From: a virus
Direction: 5' to 3' (one strand)
DNA: 64,000 nucleotides
IMG/VR virus record: IMGVR_UViG_3300010399_000034
Span: 22,807-86,806 of that record
Shown: positions 26,126-34,625 of the stretch, piece after piece
Position numbering within the stretch: position 1 is the first letter of the stretch
Layout: each line of letters opens with the position of its first letter
The notes under the pieces: model-generated
The model's input: the letters and a program-made list of their open reading frames with translations, nothing else
The model's database searches: none
What the model was told of the DNA's origin: nothing
Position numbers and translations under genes: made by a program

Positions 26126-26742
26126 CACCGCCTCCAGATCATCCAGCCGAGCCAGCCGAGCATGCCCACGATGCCGACCGTGCCGATGATCGCAGCGACG
26201 CGGCTCGGCGGATCGGTTGGAAGAAGGTGAACGCCGAAGATCTGCTGCTCGAGACGACGAGCCCACGTGCGGCTTCCTTCGCGCGTGAAGTGCACGCCGT
26301 CTTGTGTGTGCGGAAGATCGGCAGTCATCGCACCGCCGTCGATCCAGTCGAAGCCGAGCTGTCCGCTCATCACACGCTGCTGCGCGTCGACTTCGCGCTT
26401 GCGCGTCTGGATCTCTGGCACGCTCGAATGCGCCGGTCCTACCCAGACGATCCGTGGCGTGCCGTACGTACGAAGCTGCGCGACGACGAGCCGGATCTTG
26501 TCGCGTAGCGCGTCGACCGGCATGTCGTTTCCGCCGAGCACGACGACGACGAAGCTCGGCCGACCTTGCACGACGTCGACCGCGGCACGTGTCGCAGCGA
26601 AGCGCGACGTGCTCCACCCGACGTTGCCGATGTAGCCGTCGAGTGCAAAGCCGTGCGCAGCGAAGAACTCGCGCAGATGCGGCTCGAGCCCCACGGCTTG
26701 CGAATCGCCGATCAACGCCCAGGTGTGTGCGACGTCGCTCAT
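26125..26742 (-). CDS. SGNH/GDSL hydrolase with C-terminal TM anchor
   Basis: GDS, GGND, DGVH blocks; ends with a TM segment and RR. Confidence 0.85.
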   Translation of the reverse strand: MSDVAHTWALIGDSQAVGLEPHLREFFAAHGFALDGYIGNVGWSTSRFAATRAAVDVVQGRPSFVVVVLGGNDMPVDALRDKIRLVVAQLRTYGTPRIVWVGPAHSSVPEIQTRKREVDAQQRVMSGQLGFDWIDGGAMTADLPHTQDGVHFTREGSRTWARRLEQQIFGVHLLPTDPPSRVAAIIGTVGIVGMLGWLGWMIWRR

Positions 26743-26954
26743 GTTTCCTCTGGAAGCGGCAACGGAGTGAAGACTTCGTCGGCTTTGCTCAACGCCTCTC
26801 GACGCGTATCCCATAACCCGATCCGAAGAAGCGCGGCTCCGGGCGGACGCGGCTTCGGCCCGTCCACGCCGAGATGGAACGTGTTCCCGTGCTGATAAAC
26901 GAGCACGGTAAAGGGCCCATAGCTCTTTGCCTGGATCGGCTTCGTGAGCGACAT
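26739..26954 (-). CDS. Hypothetical protein
   Basis: Coupled ORF. Confidence 0.45.
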   Translation of the reverse strand: MSLTKPIQAKSYGPFTVLVYQHGNTFHLGVDGPKPRPPGAALLRIGLWDTRREALSKADEVFTPLPLPEET

Positions 26955-26957
26955 GCT

Positions 26958-27218
26958 TCAGTCCTTCGGAGGCGGCGCGTAGCCGACGAACTTCACAGCG
27001 CCGCCACAAGCACAACGCGCATCCGTCGCCCGCCTGAAAGTCGTTCCAACGAGGATGTCCGTGACACCACCAAGCCGCGCTCCGCACTTCTCGCACTTCC
27101 AGAACGAGCCCCACTTCGCCTGGAAGGCGTCACGCTGCCGCTTCAACGCAGCACGTTGCGCAGCACGCATCTGCTCGGACAGCTCCACCACACGCGCATC
27201 GAGCTCGGCTTGATTCAT
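26958..27218 (-). CDS. Zn-ribbon protein
   Basis: CEKCG...CACGG. Confidence 0.55.
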   Translation of the reverse strand: MNQAELDARVVELSEQMRAAQRAALKRQRDAFQAKWGSFWKCEKCGARLGGVTDILVGTTFRRATDARCACGGAVKFVGYAPPPKD

Positions 27219-27829
27219 CGGTGCCTCCAGATGAACCAAGCTGCCGTACCGAAGACCGCGAGTCCAGCGACGAAGCCGCCAACGACGTACGGCCAGGTGC
27301 TCGGTCCGAGCGCGACGTAGTTGTTCGGCCAGCGCGCCGATTCGGGCGTGATGATGTAGCAGCAGCCAACGAGCTGCGAGCCAGGATGCGCGGCAACGTA
27401 TTCCCGCGCACGATCGCCGACGGCGAAGTTGACCACGCGAGGAACAGGATTGGCGAGCGATCCCTTGCTCAGTGCAGCAATCGCCGCCTTCACGTCGGCG
27501 CTGAACGTCGCCGGATCGCGCGAGCTCATCTCTTCGCGTCGATCGAGCAGACGCTCGGCACAGTCCGGAGTGCCGTAGCCGCTTCCACCCGTCGCGCACT
27601 TGTCCCCGCCACGCATCCATCGCGGATTGACCGGCTGGCTGAACGCGCGAACGAAGCTCGTCAGCGTCGGAAATGTGTGCCTGAACGCGGGCAGCGAGAA
27701 GCGCTGAAGCATCGCCCAGATGACGGCTCGCGGGTCGCCCCCTTCGCCCTGCGCCGCACGACCGAGCCAGAGGAGATCTTCCGCTGTGATCTCGTAGTCC
27801 TTCTTCCCGTCGATGTAGAGCGCCGTCAC
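27215..27829 (-). CDS. Putative cell-wall hydrolase (SleB-like) with C-terminal TM anchor
   Basis: LLWLGRAAQGEG...AVIWAMLQR...FSQP; TM segment and RHR at the end. Confidence 0.55.
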   Translation of the reverse strand: MTALYIDGKKDYEITAEDLLWLGRAAQGEGGDPRAVIWAMLQRFSLPAFRHTFPTLTSFVRAFSQPVNPRWMRGGDKCATGGSGYGTPDCAERLLDRREEMSSRDPATFSADVKAAIAALSKGSLANPVPRVVNFAVGDRAREYVAAHPGSQLVGCCYIITPESARWPNNYVALGPSTWPYVVGGFVAGLAVFGTAAWFIWRHR

Positions 27830-27925
27830 GCCTACAGAGTACGACGAGGCCGGAAAAGAGGCTACCTGACGCTAGCGCGAAGGAACGCGGAGCAGCCGAC
27901 TTGATCAGTTGCTCCGCTCGATGGC

Positions 27926-29410
27926 TCAGAGATGCGACTCGAGAATGTACGCAGTGATGTCGTCGACATCGCCAGGAGAGAGGATGAACGCCTCCCAGTT
28001 CGGATCGCCGAAGGCACGCAGTGCGAGCGCGACTTGTTCGCTGCCGACCGCCACCGCGTCGACCTGATCGTGCACGGTCGCTTCCACATTGTCGTGCAAG
28101 AAGCGCTGCCGATGCGAGACGCCGCGCAGGGTCGCGATCATGAACTGTGGAAGCGCAACGCCTGGCGACAAGCCGCACGAGGCGGGGACCTCGCCACACG
28201 GATCCCCGGTGCGCAGCGGACGCCCCGGATCATGCGCGTGGATAACGAACTCACCTGCGGGCGTCGCGAAGCGGTACGTGCGGAAGGGCAGCTCGGCCGT
28301 CGGTTGCAGCCCGCCCATCGCCGACGTGCGGTGAAGGCAGACTAGGCCGACGCCCGGGTAGTCGATAGGACCCTCCATGTCGACGTACGGCGCGCAGGTC
28401 CCGCTCGGACCAGGGGGCTGTCCGTTCGAACACGGGCATCCACCAGACGGGAGCGGCGGATACGGCGGCTGAAGCGGGTTGAACGGTGAAGTACGCATCA
28501 TCATCGGACCGCCGTGGCAGCTCGCGCAGAAGCCACGATGCGCCATGTCCGTGCTCAACATGGGTTGCTCGATCAAGAACTCGCGACCGCGCAGACACGC
28601 TGCCGTCGCGTGCGGAGGGCACTCCGGCGGACCGGGCTCCGCGCCACCACGCGCCATCTCCGCGAGCTCGGGCGAGCTGAAGAGCGAACGCTGGAAGTTC
28701 GCGATGTCCGTTCGCTGCTGAGCGGTGAACGGGATCGTCGGCTGGAAGTGATCGTTGAGCGCGCTCCCAGCTTGATGCGCAAGCTCGAGCTCCCGCCCAT
28801 CCCACATGATCCCGCCTCCGCGGTGATAGCCGAGCGGCGCGGTGCCGGGCTCCTTGAGCGCGACATTCAAGACGTGCGGTGAGGAGCGCCGTACGATCAC
28901 CTGGATACGGCCGTCGGGCAGCATGGTGATGTCGGGGTCGGTCCCGAGCTCGTCCACCGTAACGTTCGGCGGCAGGATGACCGGGATGCGGATGAGCGCG
29001 TGATCACGCAACACCGAGAAGTCGGCGCCCACGCCATCGTTCGAATCGATCGACCTGAAGAGTGGGTCCGTCGGGTCGACTGCAAAGACGGCTTGCGCAA
29101 ACTCGTCGCTCAGATCGAACGTCGCGTGCTCCTGGACGAAGTGTGCCCCAGTCAACGCAGCGAGAAGCGGCGGCTGCCCTTCCATGATCCCGGTTCGATA
29201 ACCGATGTTGAATGCACGCTCGACGGTCGTATGACACGACGCGCACGCGCGTCCATTCGTCCCGGGAGGCGAGTTATTGAAGAGCGCCCGTCCTCTCGCG
29301 ATGCTCGCCAGCATCGACAGGTCGAGATCAGCCTCCGTACGATCGACAGGACCCGGATCCGCACAACCGCAAATCAACGCAGCTACTAGTGTCAACAAGA
29401 CTTGTCGCAT
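27926..29410 (-). CDS. Di-heme c-type cytochrome lipoprotein (CCP/MauG-like)
   Basis: Lipobox ICGC; two CASCH motifs; GRALF, MWDGR, TLRGV...FLHD. Confidence 0.8.
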   Translation of the reverse strand: MRQVLLTLVAALICGCADPGPVDRTEADLDLSMLASIARGRALFNNSPPGTNGRACASCHTTVERAFNIGYRTGIMEGQPPLLAALTGAHFVQEHATFDLSDEFAQAVFAVDPTDPLFRSIDSNDGVGADFSVLRDHALIRIPVILPPNVTVDELGTDPDITMLPDGRIQVIVRRSSPHVLNVALKEPGTAPLGYHRGGGIMWDGRELELAHQAGSALNDHFQPTIPFTAQQRTDIANFQRSLFSSPELAEMARGGAEPGPPECPPHATAACLRGREFLIEQPMLSTDMAHRGFCASCHGGPMMMRTSPFNPLQPPYPPLPSGGCPCSNGQPPGPSGTCAPYVDMEGPIDYPGVGLVCLHRTSAMGGLQPTAELPFRTYRFATPAGEFVIHAHDPGRPLRTGDPCGEVPASCGLSPGVALPQFMIATLRGVSHRQRFLHDNVEATVHDQVDAVAVGSEQVALALRAFGDPNWEAFILSPGDVDDITAYILESHL

Positions 29411-29463
29411 GTTCTCTCCTTTGCGCGCCCAGTATGACGCACAGCTCCTATACCGTGGAGTCG

Positions 29464-29739
29464 TTACTTCACACGCACTGCGCGGTAGGCGCGGAGTGCG
29501 CGGTCGACCTCGCCGCCTGATTCGACGTGTGCACCCGGCCGAGTCGCCACCGCATCCGCGAGAGCGTCGGCGGCCTCGAGCTGCGCCAGAAACGCTGCGA
29601 TCGCCGCCCGCTGTGTTGAAAGTCCGATGCGCGCATCATGGAGCTTGCGCTCAGCCGCGTTCGCGTCTTCATTCGCCTGCGTCAGCGCGCAGTCACGGCA
29701 GTGGTTGCGTGCGTCGACTCCGTGCTCGCAGTTGTCCAT
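29464..29739 (-). CDS. Hypothetical protein (LEAAD helix family)
   Basis: CEHG...CRDC; LEAADALADAV. Confidence 0.55.
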   Translation of the reverse strand: MDNCEHGVDARNHCRDCALTQANEDANAAERKLHDARIGLSTQRAAIAAFLAQLEAADALADAVATRPGAHVESGGEVDRALRAYRAVRVK

Positions 29740-30167
29740 CAGCCCATCTCTCCATTCAGCTTCGCGCGGAGGGCTTCGAGTGCATCGTCAAGCTCCAGCC
29801 TGGCCATCGACGCGTCGCGGCGGCCATCGCGCACCTCCACCGCCGCCCGCACGACGGCGACGATCTCAGCGTGAGCTCTCTCGTAAGCGCCTCGAGCGAT
29901 GGCCTGATGAAAAACGTCGGCCATCGTGCCGGTGCTCGACAGTCCGGCGAGCCAACACGCAATCGGATCAGGCATGGGACCAGCGGACTCGACGTGACTC
30001 GCTTTGACGGCAAGGCCCGCAACATCCACGCGCGGTCCGTAGCACACGGCAGCGATTGACTCGGCGCGTACGCAGCGACACGGGTGTGTGGCGCTGACGT
30101 CGGAAACGAAGCCGCGTCCGCAACACCACAAGCACTTGCTATCGACCGTGAGGATGTGGCGTGTCAT
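29739..30167 (-). CDS. Hypothetical protein with Zn-finger
   Basis: CLWCCGRG...PCRC. Confidence 0.5.
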   Translation of the reverse strand: MTRHILTVDSKCLWCCGRGFVSDVSATHPCRCVRAESIAAVCYGPRVDVAGLAVKASHVESAGPMPDPIACWLAGLSSTGTMADVFHQAIARGAYERAHAEIVAVVRAAVEVRDGRRDASMARLELDDALEALRAKLNGEMG

Positions 30168-30652
30168 CCGTACGCCCCGCTGAGCCAGACATCGAGCTCA
30201 GGCTCTACGAGCACGAAGCGATCGTCGAGATGGCGCTCGAGGATTGGAAGCACGTCGGCCTTGCGAAGACGCCCATTGCCGCAGCCAACGAGCGGCAGAG
30301 CGACAGAGGAGCCGTCCAGCGTGAGCGCCGCGAGCTGGCGCGCCGAGCGTTCGATGAGCTCGAGCGAGCTGTCCTGCCGCCACGACAAGAACGGAAACTG
30401 CGTGACGAGTGGCTTAGTCGGGAAGAAGATCATGTCGGATACGCCAATCGTCACAGGCGTCTCTTCGCCGCCACGCATGCACTCGCGCCCCCACCACGTC
30501 TCGTAATCGTACGAGCCCAAATCGCAGAGCTGCTTCGCGATGCCGCGGCCCATGACGGCCTTGCCGTTGCGGCGCCACCCGATGTTGACCGGGATCACGC
30601 GGTACTTGCAGCCGTGCTCTTCCGCCCAGAGATCGCTGTAGACGTGCCGCAT
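30164..30652 (-). CDS. Macro-domain (ADP-ribose binding/hydrolase) protein
   Basis: N...AVMGRGIAKQ, FFPTK, WRQDSSLELI, ALPLVGCGNG. Confidence 0.8.
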   Translation of the reverse strand: MRHVYSDLWAEEHGCKYRVIPVNIGWRRNGKAVMGRGIAKQLCDLGSYDYETWWGRECMRGGEETPVTIGVSDMIFFPTKPLVTQFPFLSWRQDSSLELIERSARQLAALTLDGSSVALPLVGCGNGRLRKADVLPILERHLDDRFVLVEPELDVWLSGAYG

Positions 30653-30846
30653 CACTTCGGCTCGACGCACGGCTCGAACCGCTTCTCGAACACGTCTTGT
30701 CGAATCTTCGTCTTCCGTTGCGTTCCGACGCGCGCCACAACGACGTAGCGCTGACTCGCACGTTCGTGTCTGAAGCCGACAACCTTGACGATTCTGTGTT
30801 CGCGCTTGTCCTTGTCGCGATACAGCTGTCCAACCTCGATCTTCAT
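30652..30846 (-). CDS. Small SH3-like hypothetical protein
   Basis: IEVGQLYRDKDKR...KRFE. Confidence 0.55.
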   Translation of the reverse strand: MKIEVGQLYRDKDKREHRIVKVVGFRHERASQRYVVVARVGTQRKTKIRQDVFEKRFEPCVEPK

Positions 30847-30881
30847 CGCGGCACCGCCCTTCCAACGCCGCTTACAATACG

Positions 30882-30988
30882 AGAAAGGAAGAGGCCCGTC
30901 CAGCATTGTTTACTGTGCGGGCCTCACAGCGGGATCGAGCACGCTCGTCCCGGCCAAGTCAGTGGCTTGGAGCTATGGCTTTGGGGGT
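30882..30988 (-). ncRNA. Putative small RNA: 5' 21-nt guide-like segment, three hairpins and terminator
   Basis: -10 TAGTCT at 30995-31000; hairpins CCAAG/CTTGG, GGGACGAGC/GCTCGATCCC and GAGGCCCG/CGGGCCTC followed by TTCCTTTCT. Confidence 0.55.
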
Positions 30989-31005
30989 CTTGCAAGACTA
31001 GCGCA

Positions 31006-31584
31006 TCAAGACGGGTCTGCCAACGCGTATCCCGTGTTCAACGTTCCGCGGCAAACGAGCGGCACGAGTCCGTGCGCGAGCGCGTTCGCGTGATCCTCCG
31101 CCGAGCCCCATGTGAATACTGCGCCGTCACAGGGCTCGAGCCGAAGTCGCCCAGTGACAAGCCGAAGCGAAACAGTACGGATCTGCTGCCAGCGACGCGT
31201 GAAGCGGCCCCACTCGAGATCTTCAGGCCAGCCTTCCGGCTGTGTGTCGTTGTCCTGCAAGTAGCGACTGTACCTACAGTTGCCTTGTGCTTCTTGTTCG
31301 CTCATCGGCCGATCGGTGAGCACGCACGACGAGTGCGCACGAAGCCACGCGAGTCGACTCTCGTCGGTGCGCGCTCTGTTTCGCGCGGCCTGCCAGATGA
31401 GGGCACAATCCTCTGGAGCTGCCGCAGAGAGGCTCGCCTCGTTCACGCATACGCGGCTCACTGCCAACGCAAGCTCGCGTTGCACTTCGTCTTGCGCATG
31501 CCCGTGCGGCGGTGATACGCAGAGACAGAGCTGCGGGACGATCAATGCAACGAGCAGCCAGAACCCGACTTCGAGCTTTTCCAT
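31006..31584 (-). CDS. Secreted putative cell-wall hydrolase-like protein
   Basis: Signal peptide; LAVSRVCVNEA...ALIWQAARNR resembles the SleB-like N-helix. Confidence 0.5.
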   Translation of the reverse strand: MEKLEVGFWLLVALIVPQLCLCVSPPHGHAQDEVQRELALAVSRVCVNEASLSAAAPEDCALIWQAARNRARTDESRLAWLRAHSSCVLTDRPMSEQEAQGNCRYSRYLQDNDTQPEGWPEDLEWGRFTRRWQQIRTVSLRLVTGRLRLEPCDGAVFTWGSAEDHANALAHGLVPLVCRGTLNTGYALADPS

Positions 31585-31627
31585 ACAACCCTCCAACCCG
31601 CCGTCGTAGGCGAATAGACGAGGGCGG

Positions 31628-31789
31628 TCAAGCTCGGCGACGTCGGGCGCGATCGCGATTCACGGTGGCGGCTGCGATTCGCTTACAGACGATCGCGGCT
31701 TTCTTCGTGCGGCGACGAGCGCGCTTACAAGACACGAGGATGTGCTTGTATTTGCGCTCGTCTTTTGCCGTCCACGAGCCGCGAGGCAT
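31628..31789 (-). CDS. Small basic protein (ChaB-like nucleic-acid binder)
   Basis: MPRGSWTAKDERKYKHI...RIAAATVN. Confidence 0.6.
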   Translation of the reverse strand: MPRGSWTAKDERKYKHILVSCKRARRRTKKAAIVCKRIAAATVNRDRARRRRA

Positions 31790-32235
31790 CAGCGCCGCCG
31801 CATCGCCTTGTAGGCGCGATATCCGCCCCAGCCGAGAAGACCGGCGCCGATCAGCACGTACGCCGTGCCCACGAGCGTCGAGCCGCCGAGGCCGGCGACC
31901 GGCGTTTCCATCGCGGGCGGCGCCGCTTCGGGCGTGCTCGAGAGGAAGAGCGTTCCGAGGCCGGCGCCGAGGCCCGCGAGCCCGCTCGAGAGCAGCGCTC
32001 CGGTTCCTGCCGCCTTCCACGAGCCCGCCGACGCGCCCGCGAGCGCGCCACCGTAGAGGCCCGCGCTCAGCATCACGCCGGCCGGCGCGATCGGGCCCAT
32101 GCCCGCGATCATCTCTCCGGCCGCGTTGGCGCCTTGCGCAAGACCGCCTGTGAGCGGCTCCATGACCACTGCACCGAGCCCGCGCATGCCTGCCACGTTC
32201 ATCGGTCCGCAGTTCACACAGTTTCCTAGCATCAT
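31789..32235 (-). CDS. Gly-rich membrane protein with GLG motifs (putative virion membrane protein)
   Basis: RGLGA, AGLGAGLG, AGLGG; C-terminal TM segment and RRR. Confidence 0.65.
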   Translation of the reverse strand: MMLGNCVNCGPMNVAGMRGLGAVVMEPLTGGLAQGANAAGEMIAGMGPIAPAGVMLSAGLYGGALAGASAGSWKAAGTGALLSSGLAGLGAGLGTLFLSSTPEAAPPAMETPVAGLGGSTLVGTAYVLIGAGLLGWGGYRAYKAMRRR

Positions 32236-32606
32236 GATGTTGCTCTCCTGATCCAGTAGTAGCCGACCATGCCGGCCGTGATCGTCGCGGAACCGGCGAA
32301 CGAAAGCCCGAGGAGCTCGTAGACGCTCAGATCGATCCGCATGACCTTCGAGGTCACCCAGATCCCCGGGATGATGAAGCAGCCGCGCAGAAGCGTCAGG
32401 CCGACAAGACGAAGCATCGAGCCTGACTCCCCGTCGAGGACCGCGAGGACGGCGTAGCTCGAGGGCGGCGAGCCATGCTCACCTGTCGGAGAGGCTTGCT
32501 GCGCGGGCGTGTCTTGCCCGAGCGGCATCGTGGGCGGGCCGAAGCCCTGCCGCCACATCGGCGCGATGCGCATGAAACCTTGCGTACGGAACGCGTCTTC
32601 CATCAC
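32232..32606 (-). CDS. Membrane protein
   Basis: Two C-terminal TM segments. Confidence 0.6.
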   Translation of the reverse strand: MMEDAFRTQGFMRIAPMWRQGFGPPTMPLGQDTPAQQASPTGEHGSPPSSYAVLAVLDGESGSMLRLVGLTLLRGCFIIPGIWVTSKVMRIDLSVYELLGLSFAGSATITAGMVGYYWIRRATS

Positions 32607-32821
32607 CCCTCGTGTAGCTTCTCGGCGAGCTGCTTACGGAGCTCTGCCTTCTGTCGCGCGTGTTCGACGTCAGCTTTCATCTTCGCCGGAAGAACGTCGA
32701 CCAGATGCCTGGCATTGTCGTCTCCGTTGACGAACGCCGCCACGGCCTTGATCACCCAGCCAGCGATCTCCGCGCCGAGCTCGATCGCCTCTTTGACTTC
32801 ACTGACCGTCGGATCCGCCAT
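32603..32821 (-). CDS. Hypothetical protein
   Basis: AGGAG RBS; starts MADPTV. Confidence 0.55.
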   Translation of the reverse strand: MADPTVSEVKEAIELGAEIAGWVIKAVAAFVNGDDNARHLVDVLPAKMKADVEHARQKAELRKQLAEKLHEG

Positions 32822-33329
32822 CGTCTTCTCCTGCGTCGTGCGTGCACGACGACTGCGCGAAGCCACCGAGCGCCTGGACGGCGTCCACGAACGTGTCCGG
32901 CAGATCGATCCCGCCAACCTCTTCGATAGTGCTCACGACGTCGCTCAGCGCGGTCAGCGCGCACGCCGCAGCAGAATAGAAGGTGAGCTCGGCGTCGTTC
33001 ACGCCTGCCTTCCATTCATCGAGGGCACGCTCGACGGCGAGAAGAAGGCCACGAGCGACCCGCACGACGCGCCGTGCCCGGTTGGTCGGCGTCATCAGCT
33101 CTTCGAAGCGGGCGAGCCCCTGCTCGATCGTGGTGATCGTGCCGGCGTCGACCTCGCGGATGACCTGCTCGCGCGCCTCGGGCCCGCGCACCTCTATCTG
33201 GTGCGCGATCCCCTCGTCGGCCACGTTGAGGCCTTCGCCGAGCTGTTCGAGGACCGTGCGCGCTCCGGCCGGCGGACCCCCGCAGCTCGCGAGCAGAAGG
33301 AGCACGGCGCTGACATTACTGCTTTTCAT
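32799..33329 (-). CDS. Lipoprotein (possible spanin-like)
   Basis: LLLLASC lipobox; follows a holin-like gene. Confidence 0.6.
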   Translation of the reverse strand: MKSSNVSAVLLLLASCGGPPAGARTVLEQLGEGLNVADEGIAHQIEVRGPEAREQVIREVDAGTITTIEQGLARFEELMTPTNRARRVVRVARGLLLAVERALDEWKAGVNDAELTFYSAAACALTALSDVVSTIEEVGGIDLPDTFVDAVQALGGFAQSSCTHDAGEDDGGSDGQ

Positions 33330-33613
33330 CGGGGGTCCCTCTCCTCTTGCTTCACGACCGGAGCCAACGCGGGCGAGCGCGCGATGCCGTGTGGCACGAA
33401 CAGCTTAGCGATCTCGAAGACCGCGACGACGCCGTCCAGAAACCGCACGAGCTTATCGTCGGCCTGGGTCGACGTCTTCTTCGCACGCTCCTTGATCGTG
33501 GTCTCGTTGAGGCGGTAGACGCCAACGAACGCGGTCAGCGTGCCGAAGATGGCCCAGCCCGTCTCTGCCGGATGCGCGAACACCCAGGCCCATGCCGTTG
33601 CGAGAAAGCCCAT
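33326..33613 (-). CDS. Holin-like small membrane protein
   Basis: TM segments; T.TQADDK motif. Confidence 0.5.
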   Translation of the reverse strand: MGFLATAWAWVFAHPAETGWAIFGTLTAFVGVYRLNETTIKERAKKTSTQADDKLVRFLDGVVAVFEIAKLFVPHGIARSPALAPVVKQEERDPR

Positions 33614-33795
33614 ACGCCCTCAAGCAGAGAATACCGCCGAGGATGTAGGTGCGGCAACTACACCGCTCTACATGGTCCGCCAGCAACAAAGACAGCGATC
33701 TCTACCGCCCTCGGTGACCGCCTGTCTGCCACGGAGATAGCGGTCCGGCACGAAGCAGTAGATGTGCCCGAGGATGAAGCAAGTCGCGCGGACTG

Positions 33796-34209
33796 TCACT
33801 CTTCGTCCTTCTTTCCGCCCTCGAGCACCTTGAAGCCGGCGCGTCGTTCTTCCGCTGCAAGAGCAGGCGGCGCCGACTTGGCGAGCTCCGCCTTCCACGG
33901 CCACTGAACGATCATCGTGTCGGTCGCGTGCTGCGACAGCACGTCGATCGTGCTCATCGCGACGACGGCCGACCACGGAACGACGCAATGGAACGGCGTG
34001 CGGTCGAACGAAAGCGTCCCAGAGAAGCCCTCGCTGTTGAAGATGAGATCTGGGATCGGGATCGCGAGGTGTCGCCCGAGATGAACGAAAAGGATCTCGC
34101 CTTGCAAGTGTGAAGGAAGACGTACGCCGTGTCCGCGCAGCAAGATCCAGATCTTGAAGACGAGCTCGGTGTCGAGCAGCTCCTCGAAGACTTTCTTCTT
34201 GGCGAGCAT
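33796..34209 (-). CDS. sspB: SspB-like ClpXP adaptor (myxobacterial type)
   Basis: GVRLP..L...IPIPDL...GFSGTLSFDRTPFHCVVPWSAV; C-terminal FKVLEGGK tail. Confidence 0.75.
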   Translation of the reverse strand: MLAKKKVFEELLDTELVFKIWILLRGHGVRLPSHLQGEILFVHLGRHLAIPIPDLIFNSEGFSGTLSFDRTPFHCVVPWSAVVAMSTIDVLSQHATDTMIVQWPWKAELAKSAPPALAAEERRAGFKVLEGGKKDEE

Positions 34210-34592
34210 CAGCCCCTCGTTCGCTTTCGGCTGCGGCGCCCCCGGCCGGAGAGCCCTTCGAGGACTTCCCCCTCGACGACGTCTGCGCCTGGTGCAGGAA
34301 GCGCGCGAGTCGGCGGCTCGACAGCGACGCCCGCATCGGAAGAACCACCGAGCAGCTCCTCGACTAGGATCTCACGCACGCGTCGCCTGATGCGCTGCAT
34401 CTTCTCTTGAAGCATGGCTTGGAACGCCGCGATCTCTTCTCCGATCGCAGCCTCCAACGCTGGCGTCTCGACGGCACGTTGCAAGATGAAGCGGATCGTC
34501 TGCGACCGCTGATAGCCACGACTCGCGCCGAGCTGATCGATCTTAGCGATGAGCTCATCCGGAACGCGAATGCTGATTTTGTGGTCCGCCAT
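34209..34592 (-). CDS. Ribbon-helix-helix (CopG-like) regulator
   Basis: ISIRVPDELIAKID...RSQTIR. Confidence 0.75.
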   Translation of the reverse strand: MADHKISIRVPDELIAKIDQLGASRGYQRSQTIRFILQRAVETPALEAAIGEEIAAFQAMLQEKMQRIRRRVREILVEELLGGSSDAGVAVEPPTRALPAPGADVVEGEVLEGLSGRGRRSRKRTRG

Positions 34593-34625
34593 GTCCTACG
34601 AGGTTACGTCATGCGAATGCGTCCG

